In this document: piece by piece, positions 50,218 through 61,323 of the stretch
How positions within the stretch are numbered: the first letter of the stretch is position 1
Layout: every line of letters starts with the position of its first letter
Program-made: the position numbers and the translations under genes
Origin: Leptospiraceae bacterium
Lineage (GTDB): Bacteria; Spirochaetota; Leptospiria; Leptospirales; Leptospiraceae
Direction of reading: 5' to 3'
Assembly: GCA_016708435.1 (NCBI GenBank)
Contig: JADJFV010000035.1
Location: 1 to 64,000 of the forward strand
DNA length: 64,000 nucleotides
The notes under the pieces: model-generated
What the model saw: the letters and a program-made list of their open reading frames with translations, nothing else
Told to the model about the DNA's origin: nothing
Database searches by the model: none

Positions 50218-51261
50218 CTAAATCAATCCTAGTATATGCGATGCTATTTTATCAACTGGAAGTTGAATATCTAATGCGCCAATTTCTTTTGCGACTTTCG
50301 GCATTCCATAGACTACACAAGTTGATTCTGCTTCCCCGATTGTTTTTCCACCTAAGTGTTTAATGGTGAGTATCCCCGTTGCTCCATCATCTCCCATGCC
50401 TGTTAGGATTACTGCGAGAGTTTTATCTCCGGCGTATTTGGCGAGAGATTTGAATAACACATTGACTGAGGGACAATGACCATTAAACGGTGCTTCATTG
50501 GATACTTGTAATTTGCCGTCAGATCCTATCACCATATGTTTTAAGTTCTGCGGAAAATACACAGTGCCCGCAACAGGAGTTTCTCCTTCGTGCATGATTT
50601 TTACTTTCAGTTTTGTATTTTGTCCAAGCCAGGAAACCATACTCTCAATGAATCCATCACTTATATGTTGGACGCAAAGTATGGGAAGAGGGAACTCTCT
50701 AGGTAGTCCACCGAGCACTTGTTGTATTGCATTTGGTCCACCTGTTGATGCACCGATACCGAGGAATTTTATTACTTGTTTTTGAGAGCTAGTGATTGTA
50801 GGAAAGCTTCCTGTATCAACTCCAGGATGTTTCTTAGTTTTTTTATAAACGGGGATACTCTTGATTACGCGTATTTTTGAAACGAGTCTATCGCGAATCA
50901 TATCATAGTCCTTTTCTGTTCCGCCTAATGGTTTAGGAAATACATCGAGTGCTCCAGCTTCGAGTAATTGAAATACATTCGTTTCGTTTTCTCCCTGAAG
51001 CGCCGCACTTACAACAAGAATCGGTTTGGGGTTAGTCTCCATTAGCTGCTTTGTAAATTCTAGTCCATCCATGACTGGCATCATGAGATCAGTGCAGATC
51101 ACGTCTGGATTTAAAAAGCGAACCTGGTCTAATCCTTCGCTTCCATTCTTTGCAGTTCCGATTACCAATACTTCGGAACTCTTATCTAAAATTCTTTTTA
51201 ATATGTTCAAGACGATAGGCGAATCATCGATGAGCAATACTTTGATTTTATTTTCTATCAT
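50218..51261 (-). CDS. cheB: CheB methylesterase/response regulator (second copy)
   Basis: REC plus GASTGGPNAIQQVL methylesterase domain. Confidence 0.9.
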   Translation of the reverse strand: MIENKIKVLLIDDSPIVLNILKRILDKSSEVLVIGTAKNGSEGLDQVRFLNPDVICTDLMMPVMDGLEFTKQLMETNPKPILVVSAALQGENETNVFQLLEAGALDVFPKPLGGTEKDYDMIRDRLVSKIRVIKSIPVYKKTKKHPGVDTGSFPTITSSQKQVIKFLGIGASTGGPNAIQQVLGGLPREFPLPILCVQHISDGFIESMVSWLGQNTKLKVKIMHEGETPVAGTVYFPQNLKHMVIGSDGKLQVSNEAPFNGHCPSVNVLFKSLAKYAGDKTLAVILTGMGDDGATGILTIKHLGGKTIGEAESTCVVYGMPKVAKEIGALDIQLPVDKIASHILGLI

Positions 51262-53717
51262 CTAAGCCTCTTTATGATTTGTAACAAATCTTTTCTATCA
51301 AATTTTGTTTTTACTAAATACGCGTCAGCACCTGCATCCATTCCCTGTTTTATGTTCTCTTCTGAGCCTAGGGAAGTAAGCATGATGACGGGAGTGTTTT
51401 GTAATTTTGCTGAGTCCTTTATTTTTTTCGTAAATTCTAATCCATTCATCTTAGGCATTTCCATATCTGTGATTACTATGCTAAATTTCTCTGTGTTTAA
51501 TTTGGACCAACCGTCTTCTCCGTCGATTCCAATTTCTACATCGAATCCTTCTGTCTCTAGAATCCTCTTTATTTGCACACGGGTTGTAAGAGAATCATCA
51601 ACTACTAGAATTTTAAAATTAGATTCTTCTTGGTTCTTGTCTTCAACCATTATAGAAATATTGGTTTTAGTAATCGTCTTTACTAATTCTTTAGGGTGGA
51701 GGATAATGCATATTTCCCCCGAATCAAGAATCGTAGCACCGGATACATTTCTAACTTTTTTTAATATACCTTCGAATGATTTAATAATGACTTCATTTTT
51801 TTCGATTACCGAATCTACTACTAGTGCAAGTTTAATTCCATCTGATTGTATGAACAAACAAGGAGTAGGCGCTGTTATTTTCTTTGCTGTGATTTGAGCA
51901 ATCTCTAAATAATTTGCAAGCTGAACTAGATGCACTGGTTGTTTTTCTATAACGACTGTGCTTTGTCCTTCTAAAATGAAAATATCTTTCGGGTAAATGG
52001 TTTTACTGAGTATTACATTATCCGCCGGAAATCCAAACTTTTGATTTCCCACTGAAATGATTAATACATGAGTGGTAGAAAATTTAATCGGGAGCTTGAT
52101 TCTAAATGTTGTTCCTACGCCTAATTCGGATTCGGTGTCAATGTCTCCTTTGAATTTTTCTACAAAGCTTTTTACTACATCCATTCCTACACCACGACCG
52201 GAGAGGTTGGAAACATTGCTTTGAGTAGAGAATCCATGTTGGAAGATGATGGAGTAAATTTTTTTATGATCCATTTGACTCAATTCATCTTGATTGTATA
52301 AACCTTTTTCTATTGCCTTGCTCTTGATTTTTTCTATGTCGAGTCCTTTTCCATCATCTTTGATTTCTATTAATACAGTATCACTTTGACTTTTTCCAAA
52401 TAGAGTGATAGTGGCTAATTCAGGTTTGCCTGATTTGGTTCTAGCTTCTTTTTCTTCTATTCCATGGTCTACAGCGTTTCGGATAATATGCATCAAAGGA
52501 TCTTTTAATTCTTCTAGAATTTGTTTGTCAACGGTTGTCTCTCCACCTTCGATAATGAGTTGCACATTTTTTCCAGTCTCTCTGCTTAAATCTCGAACAG
52601 TTCTATGAAACAAGCTGAACACAGTTGAAACTGATAGCATTCGTAGGTTGTAGATTCGTCTCTCTATTTTCATGGAAGTGAGGCTAAGACGTGTTGTATC
52701 ATTACTTAGATTTTTTTTGAGTCGATTGATATTCTCTTCTAAGTTTTCGAGCTTACTTGTTTCTTTGGTGTTTAATTCTTGTAGCTGTGTGAGAAAAAAT
52801 TTATGCTTAGGACTCAGATCAGTTTGCTTTGCGAAATTGCTTAATAGATTTCTAGTTTCCTGAACTGTGCGTAAAAGCTCTTCGTAAGAATAATATGCAT
52901 CACCCACTTCTTTGACTCGATTTAAAATTCTATTCTTGGTTACAATCAGTTCACCCGTTTGCACCATGAGAGCATCTAACTTGGATGGATCCACGCGCAT
53001 CGTATCCGTTTTCTTTTGCTCTATAGAATTTGATTTATTCTTTTCAGTATCCCCTTCTTTTTTAGAGGGAGTATCTACAACGGATGCTTTTTTGCTTTCA
53101 ATGATTTTATCAATCTGATCTTTTATCTCAGGCTTGGGAGGATTAGGTGTAGCCGTTAGTTCTTTTGGTGGTGGTTCTGGAATAACAGTATTATCCGCAA
53201 CAGGATTGGGCTTGGGTTCTACTTTTACTTCTTGCTTTGGAACTTCTGGCTTTACTTCTTCGGGTTCTTTTTTTTCTACTGTGATGATACTTGCTTTATT
53301 TTCAGAGGATTTTGTTTTATTGGAGATGTCATTCTTACTTTCAATTAATTTATCTAAAACAGAAATAACATCTACATCGGAGCTTTCGCCTGTAACCGCT
53401 TCATTGACTAGTTTCTTGATTGCGTCAATGCCTTCATAGTAAATGTCTATTTGCTTAGGGGTAATTTGGAATTCGCCGCGACTTGCTTTTCCTAAAACTT
53501 CTTCGAAAATATGAGCAATCGATTCTATATCAGAAAGACCGAGCATACGGCTAGCACCTTTCATGCTATGAGCCTCTCTGAATATTAAATGCAGAATATC
53601 ATAGTCATGAGGGTTTTTTTCTAAGGTCAATAGGCATTTTTCGATTACTTGCATATGCTCTTCACTTTCTATCTGGAAGAGATCTCTTAGTTCTTGGTCT
53701 TCGATCATAATGCCCAC
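51258..53717 (-). CDS. cheA: CheA histidine kinase with C-terminal receiver (CheA-CheY fusion)
   Basis: HPt (HSMKGASRMLGL), Pro/Lys/Glu-rich linker replacing P2, P3 (RVDPSKLDALMVQTGELIV), HATPase (HGIEE, GRGVGMD), CheW-like P5, and REC (ILVVDDS...VITDMEMPKMNG). Confidence 0.9.
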   Translation of the reverse strand: MGIMIEDQELRDLFQIESEEHMQVIEKCLLTLEKNPHDYDILHLIFREAHSMKGASRMLGLSDIESIAHIFEEVLGKASRGEFQITPKQIDIYYEGIDAIKKLVNEAVTGESSDVDVISVLDKLIESKNDISNKTKSSENKASIITVEKKEPEEVKPEVPKQEVKVEPKPNPVADNTVIPEPPPKELTATPNPPKPEIKDQIDKIIESKKASVVDTPSKKEGDTEKNKSNSIEQKKTDTMRVDPSKLDALMVQTGELIVTKNRILNRVKEVGDAYYSYEELLRTVQETRNLLSNFAKQTDLSPKHKFFLTQLQELNTKETSKLENLEENINRLKKNLSNDTTRLSLTSMKIERRIYNLRMLSVSTVFSLFHRTVRDLSRETGKNVQLIIEGGETTVDKQILEELKDPLMHIIRNAVDHGIEEKEARTKSGKPELATITLFGKSQSDTVLIEIKDDGKGLDIEKIKSKAIEKGLYNQDELSQMDHKKIYSIIFQHGFSTQSNVSNLSGRGVGMDVVKSFVEKFKGDIDTESELGVGTTFRIKLPIKFSTTHVLIISVGNQKFGFPADNVILSKTIYPKDIFILEGQSTVVIEKQPVHLVQLANYLEIAQITAKKITAPTPCLFIQSDGIKLALVVDSVIEKNEVIIKSFEGILKKVRNVSGATILDSGEICIILHPKELVKTITKTNISIMVEDKNQEESNFKILVVDDSLTTRVQIKRILETEGFDVEIGIDGEDGWSKLNTEKFSIVITDMEMPKMNGLEFTKKIKDSAKLQNTPVIMLTSLGSEENIKQGMDAGADAYLVKTKFDRKDLLQIIKRLR

Positions 53718-53729
53718 GCAAAATACCTG

Positions 53730-55715
53730 TTAGCCTTGCTTATGACCTTCGACTAGGTCTCTTAGTTTGCGGGTTGCATCGCCAATTTGGTTGACGCCGA
53801 CTTTTGTTTGTGCAATGCCACTGGCAGATTCTTGTGAGCCTCGATTGATTGAATTCATCGCGCTTACAATTTCGTTCATGGAAATAGATTGTTGTCGAAT
53901 GTTGATAGAAATTTTCTCAATGCTATCAAATACTCCGGCAACGGAATGATTAATTCCAGAAAGAGAATCTAATACTTTAGATCCTAGTCTTGAGCTATCA
54001 TCTGCTCGTTTCACTCCTTCTTCTGTTGCCATGACAGTAGAGTCTGTTGCTTTTTTGATTTCCGAAATGATTTCTTGAATCTTTAGGGCTGACTTCTTGC
54101 TTTCATCGGCGAGCTTTCTGATTTCAACGGCTACTACCTCGAAGCCTTTCCCGTTCTCACCAGCTCTCGCCGCTTCTACTGCTGCATTGAGTGCGAGCAT
54201 ATTGGTTTCGTTTGCTAATTCACTGACTAATCCGATTATATTGCTGATCTGACTATTTTTTTCGGAGAGTCGTAAGATTTGTTCCGCAATGCCGGAAACT
54301 CGTATTTTTAAAGTGTCAATGGACTGAATCATTTCTAGAACCGAATTATGCCCGTTAACCGCCATATCCTGTGCATCTTTTGCTTTCATTGTGACACTCT
54401 GTGATTCTTCGGCAGAGAGGCGAGAAGAGTTACCAATATTACTAATCGTAGTAGTTGTTTGGTTGACTGAGGCAGACTGCATGTTAGCCGTTCTTTCATG
54501 GTTGTCAATGACAGAGCTAATTTCTCGAATGGAAGTAGATAGAATATTTACAGATTCTTGAATAGGCTTACTTAAAATTCTAGATAGGAAATAACTTGCT
54601 ATCGCCATGATTGAAAGAACAATCAGAGTTATAAAAAACATTTGGTTTTGAAAGCTAGAGAGAGCAGCAAGTGTTTCGTCATAATCTAAGTCTATGAGCA
54701 GGGCATATTTTACACCGAGTAGTTCTATTGGTGCATAGGCGGTAAATGTTTTCCCACCTGCAATGCCTGTTGTTACGACTATTCCTGATTCGCCGCTAAG
54801 TGCCTTTTTTGCTTGCTCGGTTTCAAATTTCTTTTTTAAGATGCTTGATTCTTTTGCATTGTCTTCGAATTCACTTCTGAGTAAAAAATCAGGACCTACT
54901 AAGAAGGATGTTTCTTTTCTGTTCTTCACAATTGGTTTTCTAATTTTGTTACTGATTTCGTCTAACGGTAGTTGGAATACTAAAATGCCTTCTAATTTTC
55001 CGTCTATAAAAATTCCACTTCCTATAAATTAATTCACCTGGTTATTCGATGCCGCATAAGGCTCGTAATCCACAAGTTGAGCTTGCTGTCCTCCGTCGGG
55101 TGAGTTGATAACCTTTCGATAAAGCTTTCCTAAATTAGAGTCTCTATAAGGTCCGACAGAGAGGCTTGTCATATAATCTTCCTCTTTGGCAACGGTGAAT
55201 AGAATATTTCCAGTCCTTGCATCGATTAAGAATGCATCATAGTAATTTCTTTCTTTGATGATGGAAGAAAAAAAACTAAGTGCTTGTCCGTGCGCTTTGC
55301 TGTATTCAGAATTATCCGCTTCTAAAAGATTTTGTTTGCTTCCGGGTGGATTTGGATTTCCGGAGATGTAGAGTGATTTATAAATATCTTTTGCTCGTTC
55401 AAATCCTCCCATTCTTTCTACTGCTGTTCTCATTTCTAGAAAGCGCTTTGTAGCTGCTACACTTTTTCGAAATATGAATACATCTTTGATTTTATATTCA
55501 AAGTATTCCATGAATTCATTCTTTTTGGATTCGCGGATAATTTCAATTTGCTGATTAGCACCGGAGTAGATGATAGATCTACCAATTACATTTCCAGGAA
55601 TCGCTATAGAAAGAGCGACGACTAGGGTAGAAATAATTGTAAATAGAATAAGTCTCCAAGTGAAATCGAGCCGATGAACGAATGAAATAAGCATATTTTT
55701 CTCCTTAATAACCAA
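53730..55715 (-). CDS. Methyl-accepting chemotaxis protein with periplasmic Cache-like domain, interrupted by one in-frame TAA (55029-55031)
   Basis: 55029..55715 carries TM1 and the first half of the Cache domain. The same frame continues through a single TAA into [26 protein letters not shown]..., then TM2 and the MCP signalling domain ([33 protein letters not shown]). Confidence 0.75.
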
Positions 55716-56739
55716 TACTTTCTTCTACATAAAGTTTTTCATAAGCGAATATTTTTTCTGTGTCAATGAGACCGACACTAAATGAATCATAAAAACAAAG
55801 TCCTTTCATGAGATTTTCCCCAACGGTATTCTTATCCGTGGGGTTACTCAGGATTTGCTCTTTGGAAAGATAAATTACATCAATGAGTTGGTCTACAATC
55901 AAACCAATCATCATTTCGTCAAAGCGAATCACTACAATTTTTTTGTTTTCAATCGATGTGCTTTGTTCTGATTTCAGTAAATAGAGTAAATCAATTAGAA
56001 CTAGCATGTCACCACGTAAATTTACACAACCAGAAATATGGGCGGGCACACAGGGAATTCTAGTAATGCCTTCGCCGTGTGCGAATTCTAGAATGTATTT
56101 TAATTCGATCGCAAGGTATTCATCTTTTAATCGAAACACAACAACAGATAATAAATTAGAATACTCTTTGATATTTGTAGACTGCGAATAATTATTCTTA
56201 CGGCTAATGAGTATTTGCTTGTCTTTTTCGGTTATACCGCTGAATAGCTTTGCGAGGTGAATATCTGAAAATGGTTTAATCCTTTTCGGATCAGACGGAG
56301 GTATATCTAGATTAGTCAATGCTTCTAGATTGATGATTTGTGTGATACCAAATTGAGTTTGAATCACTCCGTCTGTGATTTTGTCTGCAATGATTTCATT
56401 TGAGATGGTTTGTTTTTCATGGGTAAAGTGAATTACATTGTGAACATCATTGATGTGAATACCAAATTTTTTTTTGTCCTGGGTGATAACTAGAATTCTA
56501 TCATTTACAGAATATCTTTTTGTTTTCATACCCTGTCTGAGATTGAGATCAATGATTGGGACAAATTCTCCCCGAAAGTTAAAATACCCGACTACAAAGA
56601 AAGAATTAGACTCGATACGAGTAAGTTCTGGAAGCCAGATGAGCTCAACTACATGAGAGGATTGAATCGCATAGACATTGGACTGAACAGAAAAAACTAA
56701 GAAACTCTCTTGCATAGGTGTATTAACTTTTATAACCAT
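55705..56739 (-). CDS. Tandem CheW-CheW coupling protein
   Basis: Two CheW-like domains (VFSVQSNVYAIQSSHVVELIWL...; VVVFRLKDEYLAIELKYILEF...). Confidence 0.8.
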   Translation of the reverse strand: MVIKVNTPMQESFLVFSVQSNVYAIQSSHVVELIWLPELTRIESNSFFVVGYFNFRGEFVPIIDLNLRQGMKTKRYSVNDRILVITQDKKKFGIHINDVHNVIHFTHEKQTISNEIIADKITDGVIQTQFGITQIINLEALTNLDIPPSDPKRIKPFSDIHLAKLFSGITEKDKQILISRKNNYSQSTNIKEYSNLLSVVVFRLKDEYLAIELKYILEFAHGEGITRIPCVPAHISGCVNLRGDMLVLIDLLYLLKSEQSTSIENKKIVVIRFDEMMIGLIVDQLIDVIYLSKEQILSNPTDKNTVGENLMKGLCFYDSFSVGLIDTEKIFAYEKLYVEESIGY

Positions 56740-58052
56740 ATACCAGATTCTTCGCTAAAAAAAGATTCCAAACTTTCAATATGATATCCTTTGTTTTTAT
56801 AAATCTGCTTTAAGTGTTCATTGTGCTGCAAACAAAACAATCCTGCTTTTCTAACTTTCAGCGATTCAGAAGTATTGTGTAATAGGCTATAAAGACTACA
56901 CAATGTCAAGTAAGATTCTAAAAAAAGAGGATTTAAATAAATAACTTTTTTATAAAGTTCAATCGCTCCATTCCAATTTCCAGAAGCTTCTTTGAGTTGA
57001 CCTTTCAAGAACCAGGCTTCGTGATTGGAAGGATTTGTTTGCAATAACTCTTCAACTAAGTATTCTGCTTCTAATACTTTTCCTGCGTCGGCGAATTCTC
57101 TTGCCTTTGCGAGAGAATCCCTTTCCCAGTTCCTTGATTCTGCAAGAGGGCGTATCGAATTCAGTGGGGAAGGAGTCTGGTTTTTTTCTCTTGCGGGTAA
57201 TACTGTTTTGGCGATAGAGGGCAAAATCGAATCTGCTTTAGGAAGTATTTTTTTATACACCATCGATTTCTGGTATTGAATTGCTTCGAACGATTTGGGA
57301 ATTAAGTGAGCGGCTTCTGAATGTCCTATTAGTAAATAGGCATTATCCACTAAAGCTTTTTCAAATTTTTCTAAAATGATTTTTTTAGAAGGATCATCGA
57401 AATAAATGAAAACATTTCTACAGAGAATCAAATCAAATTCTTTGAAGTAGTTTGAGGTAAATAGATTGCTCTCTATAAATTGAACATGGTTTCGAATAGA
57501 ATCATTGATTCGATAGATATTCTTTTTTTGTGTGAAGTATTTTTTGATTCTGTCTTCTGGAACTCCTCTAAAGGACCAATCCAGATATTCACCAAGGATA
57601 GCCTGCTTAATAGAGTCTCCATTTACATCTGTGGCTAATATGGATATACTCCAATCAGCGGTAAATGGAAGTAATTCGGAAAGTAGAATTGCAATCGAGT
57701 AGGGCTCTTCTCCCGTAGAGCAGCCTGCACTCCAGATACGAATTCTTTTCGAAGCTCTCTTTTGTTCTATGATATGAGGGAGAATGTTCTTTTCTAAAAT
57801 TTCAATCTGACCGGCGTCGCGCAAAAAGTAAGTCTCGGAAATATTGAGAGACTTGATTAGTATCTTCCATTCTTCATTCGAACTAACAGAGTTTTCTCGT
57901 AAAATATCTAAATACATTTCCTCTGATAATTTTTTAAAGAGAGATGATTTTTTTTTGAGAGTATCCAGGTAGAAGTCTACTTTGTCTTCTCCAATATGAA
58001 TTCCTAGCTTTGCTAAGATCGCTTTAGAAATTTCAAGAGAGAAATGATTCAT
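56730..58052 (-). CDS. cheR: CheR methyltransferase with C-terminal TPR repeats
   Basis: CheR SAM-MTase core (RIWSAGCSTGEEPYSIAILL, LCRNVFIYFD) followed by TPR-like repeats. Confidence 0.85.
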   Translation of the reverse strand: MNHFSLEISKAILAKLGIHIGEDKVDFYLDTLKKKSSLFKKLSEEMYLDILRENSVSSNEEWKILIKSLNISETYFLRDAGQIEILEKNILPHIIEQKRASKRIRIWSAGCSTGEEPYSIAILLSELLPFTADWSISILATDVNGDSIKQAILGEYLDWSFRGVPEDRIKKYFTQKKNIYRINDSIRNHVQFIESNLFTSNYFKEFDLILCRNVFIYFDDPSKKIILEKFEKALVDNAYLLIGHSEAAHLIPKSFEAIQYQKSMVYKKILPKADSILPSIAKTVLPAREKNQTPSPLNSIRPLAESRNWERDSLAKAREFADAGKVLEAEYLVEELLQTNPSNHEAWFLKGQLKEASGNWNGAIELYKKVIYLNPLFLESYLTLCSLYSLLHNTSESLKVRKAGLFCLQHNEHLKQIYKNKGYHIESLESFFSEESGIWL

Positions 58053-58347
58053 ATATGCTTGTAATCAATGCAATTTTCGGGCTAACCTCTTTCGAAAATT
58101 TATAACTACTCCTAGTGGATTAACGTTACTCATAAAAATTATCAACTGATTGCCACCGATGAAAAAACGATAAAAAAAATGAATGCAACGTTACAGCGGA
58201 TGTTTAAAAGCCTTCGTATCTTTTATCGGTGCCCTCGGTGGTAATCTTTTATAATTACATGTGGCTGGCTAGATGTATATAGATGAATCCATTTTTTGAC
58301 AATGATTTTGCACATTTTGACTAAAAAAAGAACAAGTATGGATCTAC

Positions 58348-59886
58348 TTACAAAATTTCATATTCGTAATTTACTATATTACGACTGTCTCTTGAGAACT
58401 CTATTCCTATTAGGTAAATATCTTTGGAATCAACCGCTAAAAACTTTTCGTAGTATTTTTTTTCTTTGATCTGTGCAAGGGCGGAGCCAGTTTCGGTGAG
58501 TTCAATTACTTTGAATTCTAATACATATACTTTTTTTTCGAAGAACACGGTCATATCTACTTGACCATGGTTCGTTACATCCTCTGTGCGAACATCTAAA
58601 CCAAGGGCTGCAAAATAACAGTAGAAGATAGATGCATAATAACCTTCATAATTCGCAATAGTATTTTTCCGATACCAGTCATGTGGAATAGAGGCAAAGA
58701 ACGAATAGAAGATATCTTTTATTTTATTTAGGTTGGAATCTTTTAGAAGTAAGTATAACTCTGATGTGTTTTTATTGACTCTATTATTTTTGGATAGAGA
58801 GGAAAGAATAACGCTTGTTAGACTCATCTTAACTTCTTGATTTGGGTATTTTAAAATATAATAGATCTTTGCTCCGAAATTTATTTTTTCCGAAATAGTC
58901 AAATATCCCGTTTGGAACAATAACACTTCTAGTTCAATACTATCCACATCAAACGCTCCCATCTCTTCGTGGGTAACTTGGATATGCTCTATGTTTATTG
59001 TGTTGTAGTTGTTCTCGTGAATTAAATCTAATAGAAAAGAGGGATTTCCCGTTTCAAACCAGAAATTTTTAAATTCTTTGCAATCCAGATAAAGCAGAAT
59101 ATCGAACGGATTATATACTTTATCCCCTAAGAAATTATATCCATTGTACCAAAGTTTTAAATCTTCCCGATTCACATTTACAAGTTTGTCTTCGAAAACA
59201 GATAAATCATTTTCGGTATAACCGCAGATTGTCGCATAACGTTCGTCAATTGTAATATCTTGTAAATTATTCAGTCCGCTAAAAAGATTGATCTTAGAAA
59301 ATTTGGATACGCCTGTAATAAAAACAAACTTTATATGCGCATCAGCACTCTTCATTACAGAATAAAGATTTCGTAAACCATCCCGCATCTCTCTTGCAAT
59401 GTCTTTGTTTGTGATATTATCTAAAATGGGTTTGTCGTATTCATCTATTAGGATCACAACTTTTTCGGAATACTTTTGATTTAACGCTTGAATGAGTTCC
59501 TCAAAAATCCCTGAAATGGAAAGATTTTCCCCTTTGTCAATACTATGTTTTTTGTAATTTGCATAGATAAGTTCCCGAATTTTCTGTTCTAACTCCTGTG
59601 AGTTTTTTAAGACTCCACCCCCAAAGTCAATTCGTATCACTGGATGTTTTTTTTCCCAAATCCAGTTATTTTCAAGGTAGAGTCCTTTGAAGAGTTTTTC
59701 ATTTCCTTCAAATGCTTCTTTTAATGTATCTAGAAATAGGCTCTTTCCAAAACGCCTAGGGCGGGAAAGAAAATAGTATTTTCCATTGTCTACCAATTCA
59801 TGTAATACTTTCGTCTTATCAACATAGTAGTAGTTATTCGAAATAATCTCTGAAAAAGTCTGAATGCCAATGGGAAGTTTCTTCAC
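58348..59886 (-). CDS. AAA-ATPase-like / PD-(D/E)XK nuclease (DUF1703, PDDEXK_9) family protein
   Basis: Walker-A-like RPRRFGKS, VILIDEYDKP, and C-terminal nuclease-like region. This is the intact paralog of the pseudogene at 1400..2890. Confidence 0.7.
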   Translation of the reverse strand: MKKLPIGIQTFSEIISNNYYYVDKTKVLHELVDNGKYYFLSRPRRFGKSLFLDTLKEAFEGNEKLFKGLYLENNWIWEKKHPVIRIDFGGGVLKNSQELEQKIRELIYANYKKHSIDKGENLSISGIFEELIQALNQKYSEKVVILIDEYDKPILDNITNKDIAREMRDGLRNLYSVMKSADAHIKFVFITGVSKFSKINLFSGLNNLQDITIDERYATICGYTENDLSVFEDKLVNVNREDLKLWYNGYNFLGDKVYNPFDILLYLDCKEFKNFWFETGNPSFLLDLIHENNYNTINIEHIQVTHEEMGAFDVDSIELEVLLFQTGYLTISEKINFGAKIYYILKYPNQEVKMSLTSVILSSLSKNNRVNKNTSELYLLLKDSNLNKIKDIFYSFFASIPHDWYRKNTIANYEGYYASIFYCYFAALGLDVRTEDVTNHGQVDMTVFFEKKVYVLEFKVIELTETGSALAQIKEKKYYEKFLAVDSKDIYLIGIEFSRDSRNIVNYEYEIL

Positions 59887-60141
59887 AACTCAAGATTCTC
59901 CTTAAATAGGTCGTATGTCAAGTTAGAAAAACTTCTTAGGGATCGTCTCAGAAAGAAGCATCGCTTTTGCTCGCATTTAAAGAGTCAATCCGCTTGAAGT
60001 GATTTCCTAAAGTTACACCTTTAGCAATGATTAAACCTCTAATTCTCTTGACATGCCTTCCACTCTCTAAAGAATAAATCCTTGAGGCTCTGAGAGCCTA
60101 TTTTATTTTAGAAATACTATTTATTTTAAGGAGAAACAATA

Positions 60142-61308
60142 GTGCAAAGCAAAACTAAACTCTACGTATTGATGGCAGTCTGTATCTTAATTGGCACTGT
60201 TATATCACCTATCGTTTTTTTTGGTAAAAAAGATACGGGTCCAATGTTTTTAGAAGCCGAAACTGGAACGCCAGTGAAGGATACTCCTGCGAAGGCGCAG
60301 GCGATTGCATTGGAAAATGCGTTTCAAGATGTATTCGATACAGTATCGCAGAGTGTCGTTTCCATTTCGACAGAAAAGACAGTAAAAATAAAAAATCATC
60401 CGCAGGCAAACGATCCATTCTTCGATCATTTCTTTGGGGGCAATGCTCCAAGACAAGGCGGACAAGAACTCAAACAAAAACAGAGAGGACTTGGCTCTGG
60501 AATTATCCTCAATGAAGAAGGATACATTCTTACAAATGAACATGTTGTAGGCGACATGGACAGACTGACTGTTAAACTCAAAAATAAAAAAACCTACGAA
60601 GCCAAACTTATTGGCTCTGACAAAACTATCGACTTAGCACTTCTAAAAATCAAAGCATCACCTGGAGATTTAAAACCGGTTGCGCTTGGCGATTCTTCTA
60701 AAGTGAGAGTAGGCAATTGGGCAATTGCGATTGGTGCTCCTCATGGACTAGAGCATTCTTTTACAGTTGGTGTGGTGAGTGCGATTGCGAGAGGTGGAAT
60801 TGATGCTTCCGGTCTTGGTTATATTCAAACAGATGCGGCAATCAATCATGGAAATAGTGGGGGACCTCTTCTTAATATTCATGGTGAGGTAATTGGGATT
60901 AACCGCATGATTGTTTCTCCGAGTGGTGGCTCTATTGGAATTGGATTAACGATTCCTATCAATGATGCAAAGCGAGTCTTCGAAGAATTAAAGACAAACG
61001 GAAAAGTAAAACATGCCTGGTTAGGAGTTGGTCTTGAAACTCTTTCAGAAGAAGATATAAAAGAATTAAAACTAACTGAATCGAAAGGAGCAATCGTTCG
61101 TGAGGTTAAGAAGGATTCACCGGCAGACCAAGCAGGGATTAAGATCCAAGATGTAATTGTTCGCGTCGGAGAAAAAGATGTAGAAACAAGAGAAGATGTA
61201 ATTGAAGCAGTGCTTGGAACTAGAGTTGGTAGAAAAGTAGATGTGAAGTTGATTCGAAAAGGATCTCCTTTGAAGCTAACTATCACAACTGCAGAGAGAC
61301 CTTTCTAA
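60142..61308 (+). CDS. htrA: HtrA/DegP-family periplasmic serine protease (trypsin domain plus PDZ)
   Basis: Catalytic triad context TNEHVV, DLALLKI, GNSGGPLLN, and a C-terminal PDZ. Confidence 0.9.
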   Translation: MQSKTKLYVLMAVCILIGTVISPIVFFGKKDTGPMFLEAETGTPVKDTPAKAQAIALENAFQDVFDTVSQSVVSISTEKTVKIKNHPQANDPFFDHFFGGNAPRQGGQELKQKQRGLGSGIILNEEGYILTNEHVVGDMDRLTVKLKNKKTYEAKLIGSDKTIDLALLKIKASPGDLKPVALGDSSKVRVGNWAIAIGAPHGLEHSFTVGVVSAIARGGIDASGLGYIQTDAAINHGNSGGPLLNIHGEVIGINRMIVSPSGGSIGIGLTIPINDAKRVFEELKTNGKVKHAWLGVGLETLSEEDIKELKLTESKGAIVREVKKDSPADQAGIKIQDVIVRVGEKDVETREDVIEAVLGTRVGRKVDVKLIRKGSPLKLTITTAERPF

Positions 61309-61323
61309 TAGAGCGGCTAATTC

